A stretch of DNA of 60,061 nucleotides, the filler included. It is 3 parts of 3 records of this genome, joined end to end, with 100 filler letters (N's around TTAATTAATTAA, not from the genome) between each part and the next. Parts side by side here need not be neighbours in the genome. Positions count along the whole stretch, not along the records: positions 20,946 to 41,903 come from SRR20825019_2712; 2 more parts are not named here. One strand, written 5' to 3'. Shown here one piece after another: positions 27,224-37,694 of the stretch (its first letter is position 1; each line of letters opens with the position of its first letter). A program made the position numbers and the translations under genes. The notes below the pieces were generated by a model that did not search any database, was not told the origin of the DNA, and was given only the letters and a program-made list of their open reading frames with translations.

Positions 27224-28243
27224 ATGGGGGTTGTACCGCGAGGAAGCACCGTGGCGGTTACCGGTGCTGGTGGCTTTATCGGAAATCATGTGTTGCACGC
27301 ACTTTTGGCGTCGGGTTTTCGGCCGGTTGCCATCCTGCGTCCATCTGCAAGGTTGACACCTGAACTTGACCGGGTCGTTGTGCGTCATGCCGACGTGACC
27401 AACCTGCGCGCGCTTGCTGAAGCGACCGAGGGCGCAGATGCTATTATTCATCTTGCGGGCCTTGTGTCCACGAGTGCCCGTGATAGGGGCGACCTTATTC
27501 GCGTGAATGTGGCGGGGGCGAAGAACGTGCTCCAAGTTACCCGGCGGGGCCGTGTGAAACGACTTGTTTTCATGTCTACTACCTCGGCGGTTGGAGCGCT
27601 TCATGAGAACACGCCCGAACTTGCGCTTAATGAAAATTCGCCCTTCAATATCGATGAGACGGGGGTGGATTATATCACCGCAAAGCGGGTGGCGCACAAG
27701 TTAGCACTCAGCGACCGGGCTGCTGGGTTGCCAGTCACGGTCTTGAGCCCGTCCTTTGTGGTTGGCCCTGGCGATAGTTTGCGCAACAGCACACAGCTAA
27801 TCGACCTTGTGGCGCGAGGGCAACTGCCTGTTGTGCCCCATGGTGGCATCAATCCCATCGATGTTCGTGACGTCGCGGGTGCGGTTGTTGCAGCACTGGA
27901 GCATGGTGATCCAGCAGAGCATTATATCCTCGCAGGAAGGCAAAATATTAACCTCTCCAAGTTTGTGGGGCAGGTGGCCCGCGTGACAGGTGCCAGCGCC
28001 CCACGCTGGCGTTTACCCTTTGCGCTGACACTTGCTGCAGCTCGAGCTGCAGAAACCATCTTTCCTCACACTGGCGTGACGGCGTCGGCCGTTCGCCTCT
28101 CGCGCTACTATTGGTATTTCGACAACAGGCGGGCCTGCCATGACCTGGGGCTGGTACCGCGTCAGCTTGATCAAAGTATTGCCGACACGCTGGATTGGCT
28201 GGCTGCTGGCCGTCATGCCGGTTCATCTAGCCGCGCCGCGTAG
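27224..28243 (+). CDS. Extended SDR / NAD-dependent epimerase-dehydratase (HpnA / dihydroflavonol-reductase-like)
   Basis: VTGAGGFIG, IIHLAG, NVAG, YITAK (YxxxK), PSFVVGPGD, IDVRDVA. Confidence 0.85.
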   Translation: MGVVPRGSTVAVTGAGGFIGNHVLHALLASGFRPVAILRPSARLTPELDRVVVRHADVTNLRALAEATEGADAIIHLAGLVSTSARDRGDLIRVNVAGAKNVLQVTRRGRVKRLVFMSTTSAVGALHENTPELALNENSPFNIDETGVDYITAKRVAHKLALSDRAAGLPVTVLSPSFVVGPGDSLRNSTQLIDLVARGQLPVVPHGGINPIDVRDVAGAVVAALEHGDPAEHYILAGRQNINLSKFVGQVARVTGASAPRWRLPFALTLAAARAAETIFPHTGVTASAVRLSRYYWYFDNRRACHDLGLVPRQLDQSIADTLDWLAAGRHAGSSSRAA

Positions 28244-28250
28244 GAGAGAG

Positions 28251-29672
28251 ATGATGAAGATATTGCTCGTGAATCCGCCTTGTGGGACACGCACCATAGG
28301 GCTTAAGAATATCGCCAAAATCGAACCGCTGAACCTTGAGTTGCTCGGCGCTGTGGTCGGCACGCGGTACGAGGTGCGGCTTGTAGATATGGAGGTCGCG
28401 CCGAGTGATCTTGTGCCCATGCTGCGTGAGTTCGTACCTGATGTGGTTGGTGTCACCTCCGAAGTGGTGCATGTGGACACTGCCAAACAGGTGTTGGCGC
28501 TTTGCCGCCTCTCTGCGCCACACTGTGTCACAGTAGTGGGCGGGCACCACCCCACTGTCTGGCCGCAGGATTTCCTTGATCCAGTTATCGACCTTGTGGT
28601 CCGCGGTGAGGGCACGGAGAGTTTCGCCGAAATCTGTGATGCTGTAGCTGCGGGCGAGCGTGACTTCGGGCATGTTGCCGGTCTGATGATCCGTCAGGGT
28701 GAACAACTTGTGTCCACGCGCCCGCGTGCGCTGCCCCGCACGCTTGACCACCAGCCGATGCCGGACCGTAAGCTTACGAGCCGTTACAGGAATAAATATT
28801 ATTACCTGTGGGAGCGTCGGGTGGCTGCGGTACGCAGCTCGGTGGGCTGCAGTTTCCCCTGCGTTTTCTGTTCATGTCGGGTGTATTCTCACGGTGGCTT
28901 CATACCGCGTTCGCCCGAACTACTGCTTGAAGAGATCTCCGGGCTTGAAGAAGAATTTATCTATCTCTGCGATGATCACGCCTTCCATGACCCGGCACGG
29001 ATGTGGGAGCTAGGCGAAAAGCTGTTGAAGAACGGCGTGAAGAAACGCTATTTCACCTATGCGCGGGTCGACTCTATCGTCGAGAATCGTGACTTGTTTG
29101 AACTGTGGGCGAAGGTGGGCCTGCAACTTGTAATGTCCGGCCTTGAATCTCTTGATTATGAGGCGTTGAAGCGCACCGGTAAACGGGTAGAAAAGGGCCG
29201 GGACGAGGAAGCGCTTGCCATCCTTGCCGACCTAGGCATTGGCATGAGCGCGGGTTTTCTCGTTGAGCCGCATTTTGAAGCCGCAGATTTCCAAGCCATT
29301 GACGACTATGTGCGCGACCATCCGGCGATCATCCTGACCGAGTTCACCCCGCTAACACCGCTACCTGGTACACCGCTTTACCGCAAGGTGGAAAAGGACA
29401 TCGTCTCGCCTGACAGGCAGCTCTATGACCTGCAACATTTCCTGTTACCGACCGAAACGTCGCAGAAACGCCTCTATACGCTTATGCGTAAGGCTTACTC
29501 AAAAGTGATCCGCCGCGCGGTCATGCGTTTGGGGCTGTGGAAGCCGAAAAACTGGTCCTGGCATTATATCCGCATGTTCCGGGGGTTGATGCGCAACTAC
29601 AGGGCGCTGGGTGAGGCGCATACGCATTGCCCGGCCCCCAAGGTCATGCCTGAACGCCGAGACGCGGCGTGA
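28251..29672 (+). CDS. Cobalamin-binding (class B) radical SAM enzyme, HpnR-like
   Basis: N-terminal B12 domain (EPLNLE, VVGGHHPT, VRGEG), CSFPCVFC (CxxxCxxC), DD, GLES, TPLPGT; AGGAG RBS. Confidence 0.88.
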   Translation: MMKILLVNPPCGTRTIGLKNIAKIEPLNLELLGAVVGTRYEVRLVDMEVAPSDLVPMLREFVPDVVGVTSEVVHVDTAKQVLALCRLSAPHCVTVVGGHHPTVWPQDFLDPVIDLVVRGEGTESFAEICDAVAAGERDFGHVAGLMIRQGEQLVSTRPRALPRTLDHQPMPDRKLTSRYRNKYYYLWERRVAAVRSSVGCSFPCVFCSCRVYSHGGFIPRSPELLLEEISGLEEEFIYLCDDHAFHDPARMWELGEKLLKNGVKKRYFTYARVDSIVENRDLFELWAKVGLQLVMSGLESLDYEALKRTGKRVEKGRDEEALAILADLGIGMSAGFLVEPHFEAADFQAIDDYVRDHPAIILTEFTPLTPLPGTPLYRKVEKDIVSPDRQLYDLQHFLLPTETSQKRLYTLMRKAYSKVIRRAVMRLGLWKPKNWSWHYIRMFRGLMRNYRALGEAHTHCPAPKVMPERRDAA

Positions 29673-30463
29673 CGAGAGTGGCCGCGGATAGGGCCCTAGC
29701 GATCACTTATCTCGGCTGGTCTGGTTTCCGTATGGCATGGCCAGAGCTTGGAGACATATATATCGACCCGCCTAAAGGCACAGCTTTTCGGAACGTGAAT
29801 ACGTTGGTTTTCATAACCCATGGGCATCCGGAGCATTTGGGGGGAGTGTTGACTCTGCTGAGGGACAGGCAGCCACGCAGTATAACCGTTGTGGGCTCGA
29901 AGACCGTTTGCGGCTACCTACAGGGTCAATGTGCTCGGCCAGACGTGCGGTTCGAGCCAGTGACGGCAGGAGGCTTTTTTGCCGATGGCAAAGGCGTGCA
30001 GGCGGAGGCATTTTCCTGGCGCCATATGCCGCTGCTACCACCTGGTATCATACCTGCCTGCCGTCATGTCTGGCGTCTCCTGCGCGGTTGGCGCAAAGCG
30101 ACCAGTATCATCCGCATGATGCTGACAGGGCCGCGCCGCGCGGGTGAGATGCTGGGTTTTGTCCTGACAGTCGGAGAGGATATGTCAGTGATTGCCTATG
30201 GTGAGGGTCTGCACCGATATACCTGTCCAAGCGAGGTACGGGCGGTGACGGGAACGCTACAGAAAGCTTGCCTACTTGTTGCTGTCGAACCCGAAGATGT
30301 TGCCGCTTTACCCGATCTCGTGCGCGAAAGCGGTGTGGTAGCGGCTTTCCTCTATGAACCTCATGCTGGTTGGCGAGATGGCTTCAACATGCCACGTGCC
30401 GACCTCGCTGCACTTGCAGCGGAGATCAAGCGGATGGGGATAATGGCCCGGCTTTTGGAATGA
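29669..30463 (+). CDS. Metallo-beta-lactamase-fold hydrolase
   Basis: ITYLGWSGF, IYIDP, ITHGHPEH (HxHxEH variant); GTGA coupling to the radical SAM gene. Confidence 0.72.
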   Translation: MTRVAADRALAITYLGWSGFRMAWPELGDIYIDPPKGTAFRNVNTLVFITHGHPEHLGGVLTLLRDRQPRSITVVGSKTVCGYLQGQCARPDVRFEPVTAGGFFADGKGVQAEAFSWRHMPLLPPGIIPACRHVWRLLRGWRKATSIIRMMLTGPRRAGEMLGFVLTVGEDMSVIAYGEGLHRYTCPSEVRAVTGTLQKACLLVAVEPEDVAALPDLVRESGVVAAFLYEPHAGWRDGFNMPRADLAALAAEIKRMGIMARLLE

Positions 30464-30472
30464 TGGCACGGC

Positions 30473-31384
30473 TTATTCAACCTCACTATGGCGGTTGTGT
30501 CCTGGAATGCCATGGAAAAAACCATTCGAGAACTGGACGTCAGGCAATAGTTCGTCGAGGAAAGCACAGGCTTTTTCCCCTGAAATCCATTCCGCTGCTC
30601 GGGCGCGAAAGATGTTGGTTACCTGAGCCATGTTGCCAGTGTGTGGGGACAAGCGGAAATCCCTGATACCCATTTGCATCAGCACCGGCAGTTCGTCCAG
30701 CAGGCTGATATATTTGTAGGACAGTGTCTGCAGCCCATTGATGGCGAGAAAGGCCTGACCGTCAAGTGTATCGAGCTTTAGCCCGTCCGGGTCGTTTTCA
30801 CAGACATATCGGCAGCCAGACTTTGTCAGATGGTTCGCCCTTGCATGGAAGCAGCGCGCGGAGATGGCAAGTGGCGCGCGGCCAAAAACCTGCACTTCAA
30901 GATCGCTTTTGGCAGCGGCCGCCAGTGCCGCTAGCGTCGCCTTTGGTAGCTCGGTATTGAGTGAGGTGCGGGTCGCTCCATCATGTTCGAAATGGGCCAG
31001 CGTTTCAGGGTTGTAGATGTTGATGGAGGGACCAAGTGCGTGTGGACGGCCCTTGAGTAGGCTTACAGTCGACATGTCGTTGGCCTCGATCAGATATTCG
31101 TCGGCGAGGGTCAAGGTTTCTTTCACACTTGCCATGTCTTTGCCGTCCATCACCAGTTGAAGGCCCGAGAGAATCACCTGTTTGCCCGCTGATCTCAGCC
31201 GGTGGATAATTTCCTCATAATGCACTAGGTGAAAAGGTCGGCGTTTTGCGCAGACAACTTCGCCGAGATAGACGATGTCGATATCAGCCTCATCGGCAAT
31301 ACGAAAATAAAAATCCCTGAATGTGTCGCTTGGCCAGTTGAAAAGCAGTGGCCCGAGCGACAGTCTGAAAGTTTCTACAGCCAT
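30473..31384 (-). CDS. ubiV: O2-independent ubiquinone biosynthesis protein UbiV (U32 family)
   Basis: LSLGPLLFNW, YLGEVVCAKR, EAND, LAISARCFHAR, C...C, INGLQT. Confidence 0.92.
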   Translation of the reverse strand: MAVETFRLSLGPLLFNWPSDTFRDFYFRIADEADIDIVYLGEVVCAKRRPFHLVHYEEIIHRLRSAGKQVILSGLQLVMDGKDMASVKETLTLADEYLIEANDMSTVSLLKGRPHALGPSINIYNPETLAHFEHDGATRTSLNTELPKATLAALAAAAKSDLEVQVFGRAPLAISARCFHARANHLTKSGCRYVCENDPDGLKLDTLDGQAFLAINGLQTLSYKYISLLDELPVLMQMGIRDFRLSPHTGNMAQVTNIFRARAAEWISGEKACAFLDELLPDVQFSNGFFHGIPGHNRHSEVE

Positions 31385-32358
31385 TTTTTCCCGTAAGCTC
31401 CCGTAGTGGTGATATTGCCCTCCGAGATGGTGGCAAGGTTGGCGCTCGGCGCACTTGTGCCGATGGTGTCTATGGCGCTGCGAAAGCCCGACACCACCTG
31501 CCGCACATAGGCCTTGCTGCGTTGTCTTCCTTCGATCTTGAGGGCGCAGACACCTGCCTTCACAAGGCTTGGCAGGATAGAACGAATATCAAGGCTTGTG
31601 GGCTCTTCGAAGATGTAGCCGCGTGCACCCGATACCTGGAACCGCCCCTTGCAGAGAGTGGGGTAACCTGCTTGTTCGTCATCATCGAAGCGGTTGATGG
31701 TAAAGCCGCCAAGTCGGCTGGTCAGACCGTTTTTTTCGCGCACATAGTCTACATGGCTCGCGGGCGAACAAACGCCATTCCGATTGGGAGACTGTCCGGT
31801 CGCGTAGGAAGAAAGTGTGCAACGTCCCTCAGCCATCGGGCACATGCCGCCAAAGGCGAAAACTTCCGTCTCGACATCGATCTGTTGATTGAGTTTGGCG
31901 ATCTCCGGCACTGTCAGTACGCGCGGCAGCACCACCCGGCGCACATTGAATGTTTCTGCGTAATAATTAATTGCCGCGGCGTTCGAGGCTGATGCCTGCA
32001 CAGAAAGATGTAGCCGTAGGTCCGGGTATTGCTCCCGTGCGTAGGCCAGAAGGCCCATATCCGCGAGGATGATGGCGTCCACACCAAGTTCGCTGGCGTG
32101 TGCTATGGCGCGATGCCAGGGGGTTGGGTCGATTGCGTCCGCATAGGTGTTTACCGCCAGTAGCACCTTCCGTCCTGCCCTGTGTGCATATGCTACAGCC
32201 CCTTCGAGCTCCGCGACCGAAAAATTCAACCCTGGGAAATTGCGAGCATTGGTTTCGTCTCGGAAACCGAGGTAGACAGCGTCTGCCCCGGCTTCGATTG
32301 CGGCGCGAAGCGCAGCCGGGGTGCCAGCGGGACACACAAGTTCAAGTGCTGTGGTCAT
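31375..32358 (-). CDS. ubiU: O2-independent ubiquinone biosynthesis protein UbiU (U32 family)
   Basis: ELVCPAG, DETNARNFPGLNF, CPMAEGRC.LSSY.TG.SPN..GVCSP, GYPTLCKGRF, KIEGRQRS. Confidence 0.94.
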   Translation of the reverse strand: MTTALELVCPAGTPAALRAAIEAGADAVYLGFRDETNARNFPGLNFSVAELEGAVAYAHRAGRKVLLAVNTYADAIDPTPWHRAIAHASELGVDAIILADMGLLAYAREQYPDLRLHLSVQASASNAAAINYYAETFNVRRVVLPRVLTVPEIAKLNQQIDVETEVFAFGGMCPMAEGRCTLSSYATGQSPNRNGVCSPASHVDYVREKNGLTSRLGGFTINRFDDDEQAGYPTLCKGRFQVSGARGYIFEEPTSLDIRSILPSLVKAGVCALKIEGRQRSKAYVRQVVSGFRSAIDTIGTSAPSANLATISEGNITTTGAYGKKWL

Positions 32359-33077
32359 GAAGGGGCTTTCTCTGTATGCGTAGCGTTGGTGACGGTCGAT
32401 TTCTTATGGCGGGTCTGAGCTATTCTGACCTGCCTGCGCAGAGAGGCAAGGTCGTCGCTCAACTGGCAAACCTTCTTGTTCAATGCCGCCACTTCCATCA
32501 TCGGACGGGCCTGAAAACAGTTCTGTAGTTGTTGGCTATGGCCTAGCAAGGTACCATGCACCGAACTGCCGAGCTGTATCATGCGCCGCACTATCGGTTC
32601 TGCGGGCCCAAGGAAAGAAAGCAACTCGGCACGGAAGTCGATTTCCGCGCTATCTACGGCGTTCCTGAGCATCAGCAGTGCTTCCGTATCTCCTGTAACC
32701 TGGATGTTGCGTGCAAAAAACAGCGCGTCGCCGTCGCTCTTTCCCTCAAGGAGCGCGATGAGCGCACTAATCGGTGCCTCAATCGATACGTGGGCACGTG
32801 CCGGGTGGGAGGCTGGCGCTGTTTTAACCCTGAAGCCTTCGGGATTGACGGTTACCATGAAGGCGAGCCCGACATCTGTTGCAGCAATTCTATATAGGGT
32901 GCCTGAGGTGAGATGGAGACGGGAAAAGGCGTCTGGATGGCTAGAGATGATGCGGTCAACCGCAGCCTGTAGCGCAAGGTCTAGCGGCGTGGCTGGTAGT
33001 GCGGCCAATACCCGCCCTGCAAACAGGCCGATATTTCTTGGCATCTCTCCCGGTATTGGGCTCTGAGATTTCCTCAT
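32355..33077 (-). CDS. ubiT: UbiT (SCP2 lipid-carrier domain)
   Basis: DGDALFFAR.I.VTGDTEALL.LRNAVD; first gene before ubiU and ubiV; ATG 33077. Confidence 0.85.
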   Translation of the reverse strand: MRKSQSPIPGEMPRNIGLFAGRVLAALPATPLDLALQAAVDRIISSHPDAFSRLHLTSGTLYRIAATDVGLAFMVTVNPEGFRVKTAPASHPARAHVSIEAPISALIALLEGKSDGDALFFARNIQVTGDTEALLMLRNAVDSAEIDFRAELLSFLGPAEPIVRRMIQLGSSVHGTLLGHSQQLQNCFQARPMMEVAALNKKVCQLSDDLASLRRQVRIAQTRHKKSTVTNATHTEKAPS

Positions 33078-33132
33078 AACATTTCCCCGTGTGGTTGCCC
33101 AACGGAGCTTACACAGGACCCATGCCCGGCAT

Positions 33133-33146
33133 TTGATGCAAGTCAA
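33133..33146 (-). promoter_or_regulatory. FNR/FixK-type box of the ubiTUV promoter
   Basis: TTGAT-GCAA-GTCAA; minus-strand TAAGCT -10 at 33111-33106 gives class II geometry. Confidence 0.8.
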
Positions 33147-33270
33147 ATGGCTTTGGGAATAGTGGGTGAGGAGAGGTTATGAGTAGTAGTTGTGAGGATG
33201 CTTGCAGGCTACAGGCAACATGGTACCTGCCTATCCAGAGCATCTATGTGTCAGTGGAAGGGAACTGGAA

Positions 33271-33966
33271 CTAGCTTCGTTTTCCACGTGCCTTAAGCCA
33301 GTCCTTCAGGGCTTCAGCGTCAGAGGTTTGGTGTGGTTCCTCGCCGTGCAGGCCAGGTGGAGCGGACCAACCCGGATGGATCCCTTCCATGCTGGGTAGT
33401 TCGTGAGCGATTCCTTTGTGGCAGTCAATACATGTGGCCTCACGTGATAACAGGTAGCGGGTGTGGATTTCAGCGGCGCGCGCGGTCTGCCGGGACAAGT
33501 CCATGGCCACCGACGAGTGACAATTGCGGCATTCCAGGCTGTCGTTTGCCTTCAGTCGCGCCCACTCACGCTGAGCGAGCTCAAGGCGTTTATCAAGGAA
33601 TTTGCGACGAGTATTGATGGTGCCGAAAATTTTGCCCCAAACCTCCTTTGAAGCTTGCATCTTACGGGCAATTTTGTCGGTCCAGTTGTGGGGGACGTGG
33701 CAGTCCGGGCAGGATGCTCGTACACCGGATCGGTTGGAGAAATGCACAGTCCGGGTCAATTCTTCGTAGACGTTCGTTTCCATCTCGTGGCACGATATGC
33801 AGAACTCTTCGGTGTTGGTCACTTCAAGCGCGGTGTTGAATGCGCCCCAGAAAATAACCCCGCCAAGAAAGCCGCCGAGCGTGAGAAAGCCGAGGCTCAA
33901 CGTCGCTGCCGGTGTATTGACAAACCGCCAGGTCCGCCGAATGGCGGTTTTGATCGCGTCCAGCAC
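33271..33966 (-). CDS. napC: NapC/NirT tetraheme cytochrome c
   Basis: Four CxxCH motifs (CISCH, CPDCH, CRNCH, CIDCH) and an N-terminal TM. Confidence 0.95.
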   Translation of the reverse strand: MLDAIKTAIRRTWRFVNTPAATLSLGFLTLGGFLGGVIFWGAFNTALEVTNTEEFCISCHEMETNVYEELTRTVHFSNRSGVRASCPDCHVPHNWTDKIARKMQASKEVWGKIFGTINTRRKFLDKRLELAQREWARLKANDSLECRNCHSSVAMDLSRQTARAAEIHTRYLLSREATCIDCHKGIAHELPSMEGIHPGWSAPPGLHGEEPHQTSDAEALKDWLKARGKRS

Positions 33967-34434
33967 CTAGTTTTCTCCCGAATGTTCAACGCCCATTTCA
34001 CTCATGTCCCTGAATGTATTACCAATAAGTGGCGGGGTATCAGCCTGAGGGACATGGCAGGCGGTGCAAAAATAGCGTCGCGGTGACACGTCGGCCAGCA
34101 TTTGGCCCTCTCGATTCATATAGTGAGTTACGCTGATCATTGGTGCATTAGAGCCCTGTGTAAACTCCCGCTTGTGGCAGGACATACAACGATTGGCATT
34201 AACGGAGAGCTGGTAGCCTTCGATAGAATGTGGAATAATCGGTGGCTGTTCCGGGTAAGCGCGCATCTTCCGCACGTCATCGGTTACCCAGCGCGGGATC
34301 GGTTCTGCTGGCACATTCTCCATCAGGGACTTGGCGCCCGTCAGGTCTGGCACCGCTGTTATCTGGGCCATTGCAGCGGTGCCGAGGGCTACAAGTACAG
34401 CAAACACCGTAATGCCGCGTTTGCGCCAACGCAT
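33967..34434 (-). CDS. napB: Periplasmic nitrate reductase diheme cytochrome c
   Basis: QPPIIPH, CMSCH, SPRRYFCTACHVPQ; start overlaps the napA stop (TAATG). Confidence 0.95.
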   Translation of the reverse strand: MRWRKRGITVFAVLVALGTAAMAQITAVPDLTGAKSLMENVPAEPIPRWVTDDVRKMRAYPEQPPIIPHSIEGYQLSVNANRCMSCHKREFTQGSNAPMISVTHYMNREGQMLADVSPRRYFCTACHVPQADTPPLIGNTFRDMSEMGVEHSGEN

Positions 34435-36938
34435 TATATGACGGCTTCTATTCTGACTGCGCATTTTTTGAAATCCGTTTGTTTAGAGATGGGGTCGGTG
34501 GCGTCGAGAGTCACTTTGTTGATGAGTTGGCTTGCATCAAACCACGGAACAAAAATTACGCCGCGTGGCATGCGGTTGCGGCCCTTGGTTTCGATCCGAC
34601 TCCGGATCTCGCCACGCCGAGAGATGACGCGAACCTCCATGCCTTGGTTGAGGCCAAGCTTGCGAGCATCATCCGCATTCATGAAACACACTGCGCCGGG
34701 GAACGCCCGGTAGAGTTCGGGCACGCGCATGGTCATGGAGCCAGAGTGCCAATGTTCGAGCACGCGGCCCGTTACCAGCCACAAGTCGTATTCTTCATCC
34801 GGCGATTCGGCTGGGGGTTCGTATGGTACAGCCAGTATGACTGCCTTACCGTCTGGCCGACCATAGAATTTTACACCCTCGCCAGATTTTACATAAGGGT
34901 CATAGCCCTCGCGGTAGCGCCAAAGCGTCTCCTGCCCGTTAACCACAGGCCAGCGTAGCCCGCGCTCTTTGTGATAGCGATCGTATGGTGCAAGGTCGTG
35001 CCCGTGGCCGCGGCCAAACTCGGCATATTCCTCAAACAAGCCTTTCTGGATGTAGAAACCAAATTCCTCAGCTTCATTGTTGGCATAGTCTGCATCTATT
35101 TCGCTTAGCGGGAAGCGGTCAACACTGCCGTTCTTGAACAAGACATCAAAGAGTGTACGCCCGCGATAATCCGGGTTTGTGGCAAGGATTTCCTCAGGCC
35201 AAACTTCGTCCGTTTTGAAGCGTTTGGAGAACTCGGCAAGTTGCCACAAATCCGACCGGGCTTCGCCGGGTGCTTGCACCAGTTGATGCCAAACATGGGT
35301 GCGTCGCTCGGCATTGCCGTAGGCGCCCTCCTTTTCCACCCACATCGCAGCCGGTAAAATTACATCTGCGGCCATCGTTGTAACGGTCGGATAGGCGTCT
35401 GAAACGACGATGAAGTTATCGGGGTTGCGATAGCCCGGGTAAGTCTCCTCGCTGTTGTTGGGCGCAGCCTGTAGGTTGTTGTTGACCTGTATCCAGTAGA
35501 AATTGAGTTTGCCGTCCTTTAGCATGCGGTCCTGCTGCACGGCGTGATATCCCGGCTTTTCAGGTAGCAGTCCATCGGGCAGGCGCCAGATTTCCTCGGC
35601 GTGATGGCGGTGCTTGGGGTTTGTCACCACCATATCGGCGGGCAGCCGGTGCGCAAAGGTCCCTACTTCACGCGCGGTTCCGCAGGCTGAGGGCTGGCCG
35701 GTCAAGGAAAAGGGACTGTTGCCGGGCTCTGATATTTTACCGGTCAGTAGGTGGATATTATAAACCATATGGTTGGCCCACACGCCACGTACATGCTGGT
35801 TGAACCCCATGGTCCAAAGCGACATTACTTTGATATTAGGATTTGCGTAGAGCTCTGCCAGCTCTACGAGGAAATCAGGATCTGCCCCAGAAATTTCAGC
35901 TGCTTTTTCGAGTGTATAGTCCGCGACAAATGTCTTGAACTCCTCGAAACCTATTGGCTTCATACGTCCAGCATCTGCCGCGCCAGTGGCCTTCATTTGC
36001 AGTTCATGCTCATCTCTCAAGCCATAGCCGATGTCGGTCATGCCGCGCATGAAGGTAGTGTGCGCGCTCACGAATTTCTCGTTCACCTTACCGGATTGTA
36101 TAATGTGGTTTGCGATATAATTCAGGATGGCAAGGTCACTGCCGGGCTTGAAAATGATTGGGATATCAGCAAGGTCCATCGACCGATGGGTGTATGTAGA
36201 TAGAACCGCGCAACGCACGTGTGGATGGCCAAGCCGGCGATCTGCAACCCGGGTCCAGAGAATAGGGTGCATCTCCGCCATGTTTGAGCCCCACAGTACG
36301 AAAGCATCCGCGTGCTCGAAGTCATCGTAGCAACCCATCGGTTCATCCATGCCGAAAGTGCGCATGAATGCGGTGGCAGCGGATGCCATACAATGGCGCG
36401 CGTTGGGGTCCAGGTTGTTGGAACGGAAACCAGCACGCATAAGTTTGGAGGCAGCGTAGCCTTCAAAAATAGTCCACTGACCGGAGCCGAACATACCGAT
36501 GGCGGTCGGGCCCTTTTCGCGTAGTGTCTGCTTGCATTTTTCGGCCATGACGTCGAAAGCCTCATCCCAAGTGACTGGCTCGAACTCGCCCTGTTTGTCG
36601 TAAACACCGCCGCGCTTTCGCATGAGCGGTGTGGTCAACCGGTCGCGGCCGTACATGATCTTGGATAGGAAGTATCCTTTGATGCAATTAAGCCCCCGGT
36701 TCACCTCTGCTTGCATGTCACCGTGGGTGGCGACAACCTGCCCCTCTTTGACACCGACCATCACGCCACAGCCCGTGCCGCAAAACCGGCATGGTGCTTT
36801 TGACCATTTGATGTCGAGGGCGCTAACACCACCTGGCACCGGTTGCGCGCTAACTGGTAGTGTTATGCCTGCGGCTGCGGCTGCGGCTGCGGCCGCCTGT
36901 GCTTTGAGGACTTCACGCCGGGTCAGTTCGGCAGTCAT
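34434..36938 (-). CDS. napA: Periplasmic nitrate reductase catalytic subunit
   Basis: Tat signal [52 protein letters not shown]. Confidence 0.98.
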   Translation of the reverse strand: MTAELTRREVLKAQAAAAAAAAAGITLPVSAQPVPGGVSALDIKWSKAPCRFCGTGCGVMVGVKEGQVVATHGDMQAEVNRGLNCIKGYFLSKIMYGRDRLTTPLMRKRGGVYDKQGEFEPVTWDEAFDVMAEKCKQTLREKGPTAIGMFGSGQWTIFEGYAASKLMRAGFRSNNLDPNARHCMASAATAFMRTFGMDEPMGCYDDFEHADAFVLWGSNMAEMHPILWTRVADRRLGHPHVRCAVLSTYTHRSMDLADIPIIFKPGSDLAILNYIANHIIQSGKVNEKFVSAHTTFMRGMTDIGYGLRDEHELQMKATGAADAGRMKPIGFEEFKTFVADYTLEKAAEISGADPDFLVELAELYANPNIKVMSLWTMGFNQHVRGVWANHMVYNIHLLTGKISEPGNSPFSLTGQPSACGTAREVGTFAHRLPADMVVTNPKHRHHAEEIWRLPDGLLPEKPGYHAVQQDRMLKDGKLNFYWIQVNNNLQAAPNNSEETYPGYRNPDNFIVVSDAYPTVTTMAADVILPAAMWVEKEGAYGNAERRTHVWHQLVQAPGEARSDLWQLAEFSKRFKTDEVWPEEILATNPDYRGRTLFDVLFKNGSVDRFPLSEIDADYANNEAEEFGFYIQKGLFEEYAEFGRGHGHDLAPYDRYHKERGLRWPVVNGQETLWRYREGYDPYVKSGEGVKFYGRPDGKAVILAVPYEPPAESPDEEYDLWLVTGRVLEHWHSGSMTMRVPELYRAFPGAVCFMNADDARKLGLNQGMEVRVISRRGEIRSRIETKGRNRMPRGVIFVPWFDASQLINKVTLDATDPISKQTDFKKCAVRIEAVI

Positions 36939-37195
36939 AATTGGCTCTCCTCGAGTTGCTCGACGTGTTCAAAAACCATGTTCGCTGTGATGACGCCGGG
37001 GATTAGCGCGATTGAGGTAAGCCGGTCTCCGAGGTCGCGGGTGCTGCGGCCTTCCATCACCAGAACGATGCGCCCTCCTTCGTGCGCATGAACCTCTGTC
37101 TCTGCAATATCCATGATTGCTTTGATTACGGGTTCCACGCGGTCTGGTCGCGCAAGTACGACAGCACTCGAGATGTGATGCAAGGCCTCAGGCAT
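36935..37195 (-). CDS. napD: NapD chaperone
   Basis: HISSAVV, EVH...[18 protein letters not shown]. Confidence 0.9.
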   Translation of the reverse strand: MPEALHHISSAVVLARPDRVEPVIKAIMDIAETEVHAHEGGRIVLVMEGRSTRDLGDRLTSIALIPGVITANMVFEHVEQLEESQL

Positions 37196-37496
37196 TGAAA
37201 GTCTCTTTCTGTGTCGGCGGAATGGTAATGGCCGCGACCGGACAAACCGGCACGCAGTCACCGCAGTGGGTGCAAAGAGCATTCGATAACTCGGGAATAC
37301 TCACACCGCCGGGCCGCAGGCGGAACTTGATGGCATCCTCGGCACAGTGATCTCGGCACGCCATACATGTAACACCCGTGCGAGCCAGACAATTGGCTGC
37401 GATCTCGACCTGCCGCGAGTGTGTGTCAGCTTCTTGGCTCGATTCGCGCCAGTGGCCACGCAAAAAATGCCGACGATTTAGAGCATCTTCCCGCAC
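37188..37496 (-). CDS. napF: Short NapF-like ferredoxin
   Basis: RRHFLRG, CLA...CMACRDHC, CTHCGDCVPVCP; located between napE and napD. Confidence 0.8.
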   Translation of the reverse strand: MREDALNRRHFLRGHWRESSQEADTHSRQVEIAANCLARTGVTCMACRDHCAEDAIKFRLRPGGVSIPELSNALCTHCGDCVPVCPVAAITIPPTQKETFNA

Positions 37497-37499
37497 GAC

Positions 37500-37694
37500 C
37501 TAACCACCCGGCGGGCCCGGTGGGCCAAACATGATCTGCAACATCCATACGAGAAAACCAAACCCGCCCACCACACCGACCGCAAAGATAGGCCAGATAC
37601 CAAATGCCAGCGCGAGGAATGCCAGCAATTCTATCCGTTTGCGGGCTCCAGTGGTTTGGGAGCTATCGATCTTGGTATCTGTATTTTCAGGCAT
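37500..37694 (-). CDS. napE: NapE membrane protein
   Basis: ELLAFLALAFGIWP..AVGVVGGFGFLVWM.Q..GPPGPP. Confidence 0.92.
   Translation of the reverse strand: MPENTDTKIDSSQTTGARKRIELLAFLALAFGIWPIFAVGVVGGFGFLVWMLQIMFGPPGPPGG

Noticed and set aside
30473-32358. U32 'collagenase-like peptidases'
   Set aside because: Cys motifs, the SCP2 partner and the FNR box identify them as UbiU/UbiV, an already described pathway.
36870-36897. GCGGCT tandem repeat in napA
   Set aside because: It encodes the ordinary poly-Ala hydrophobic region of the Tat signal peptide.
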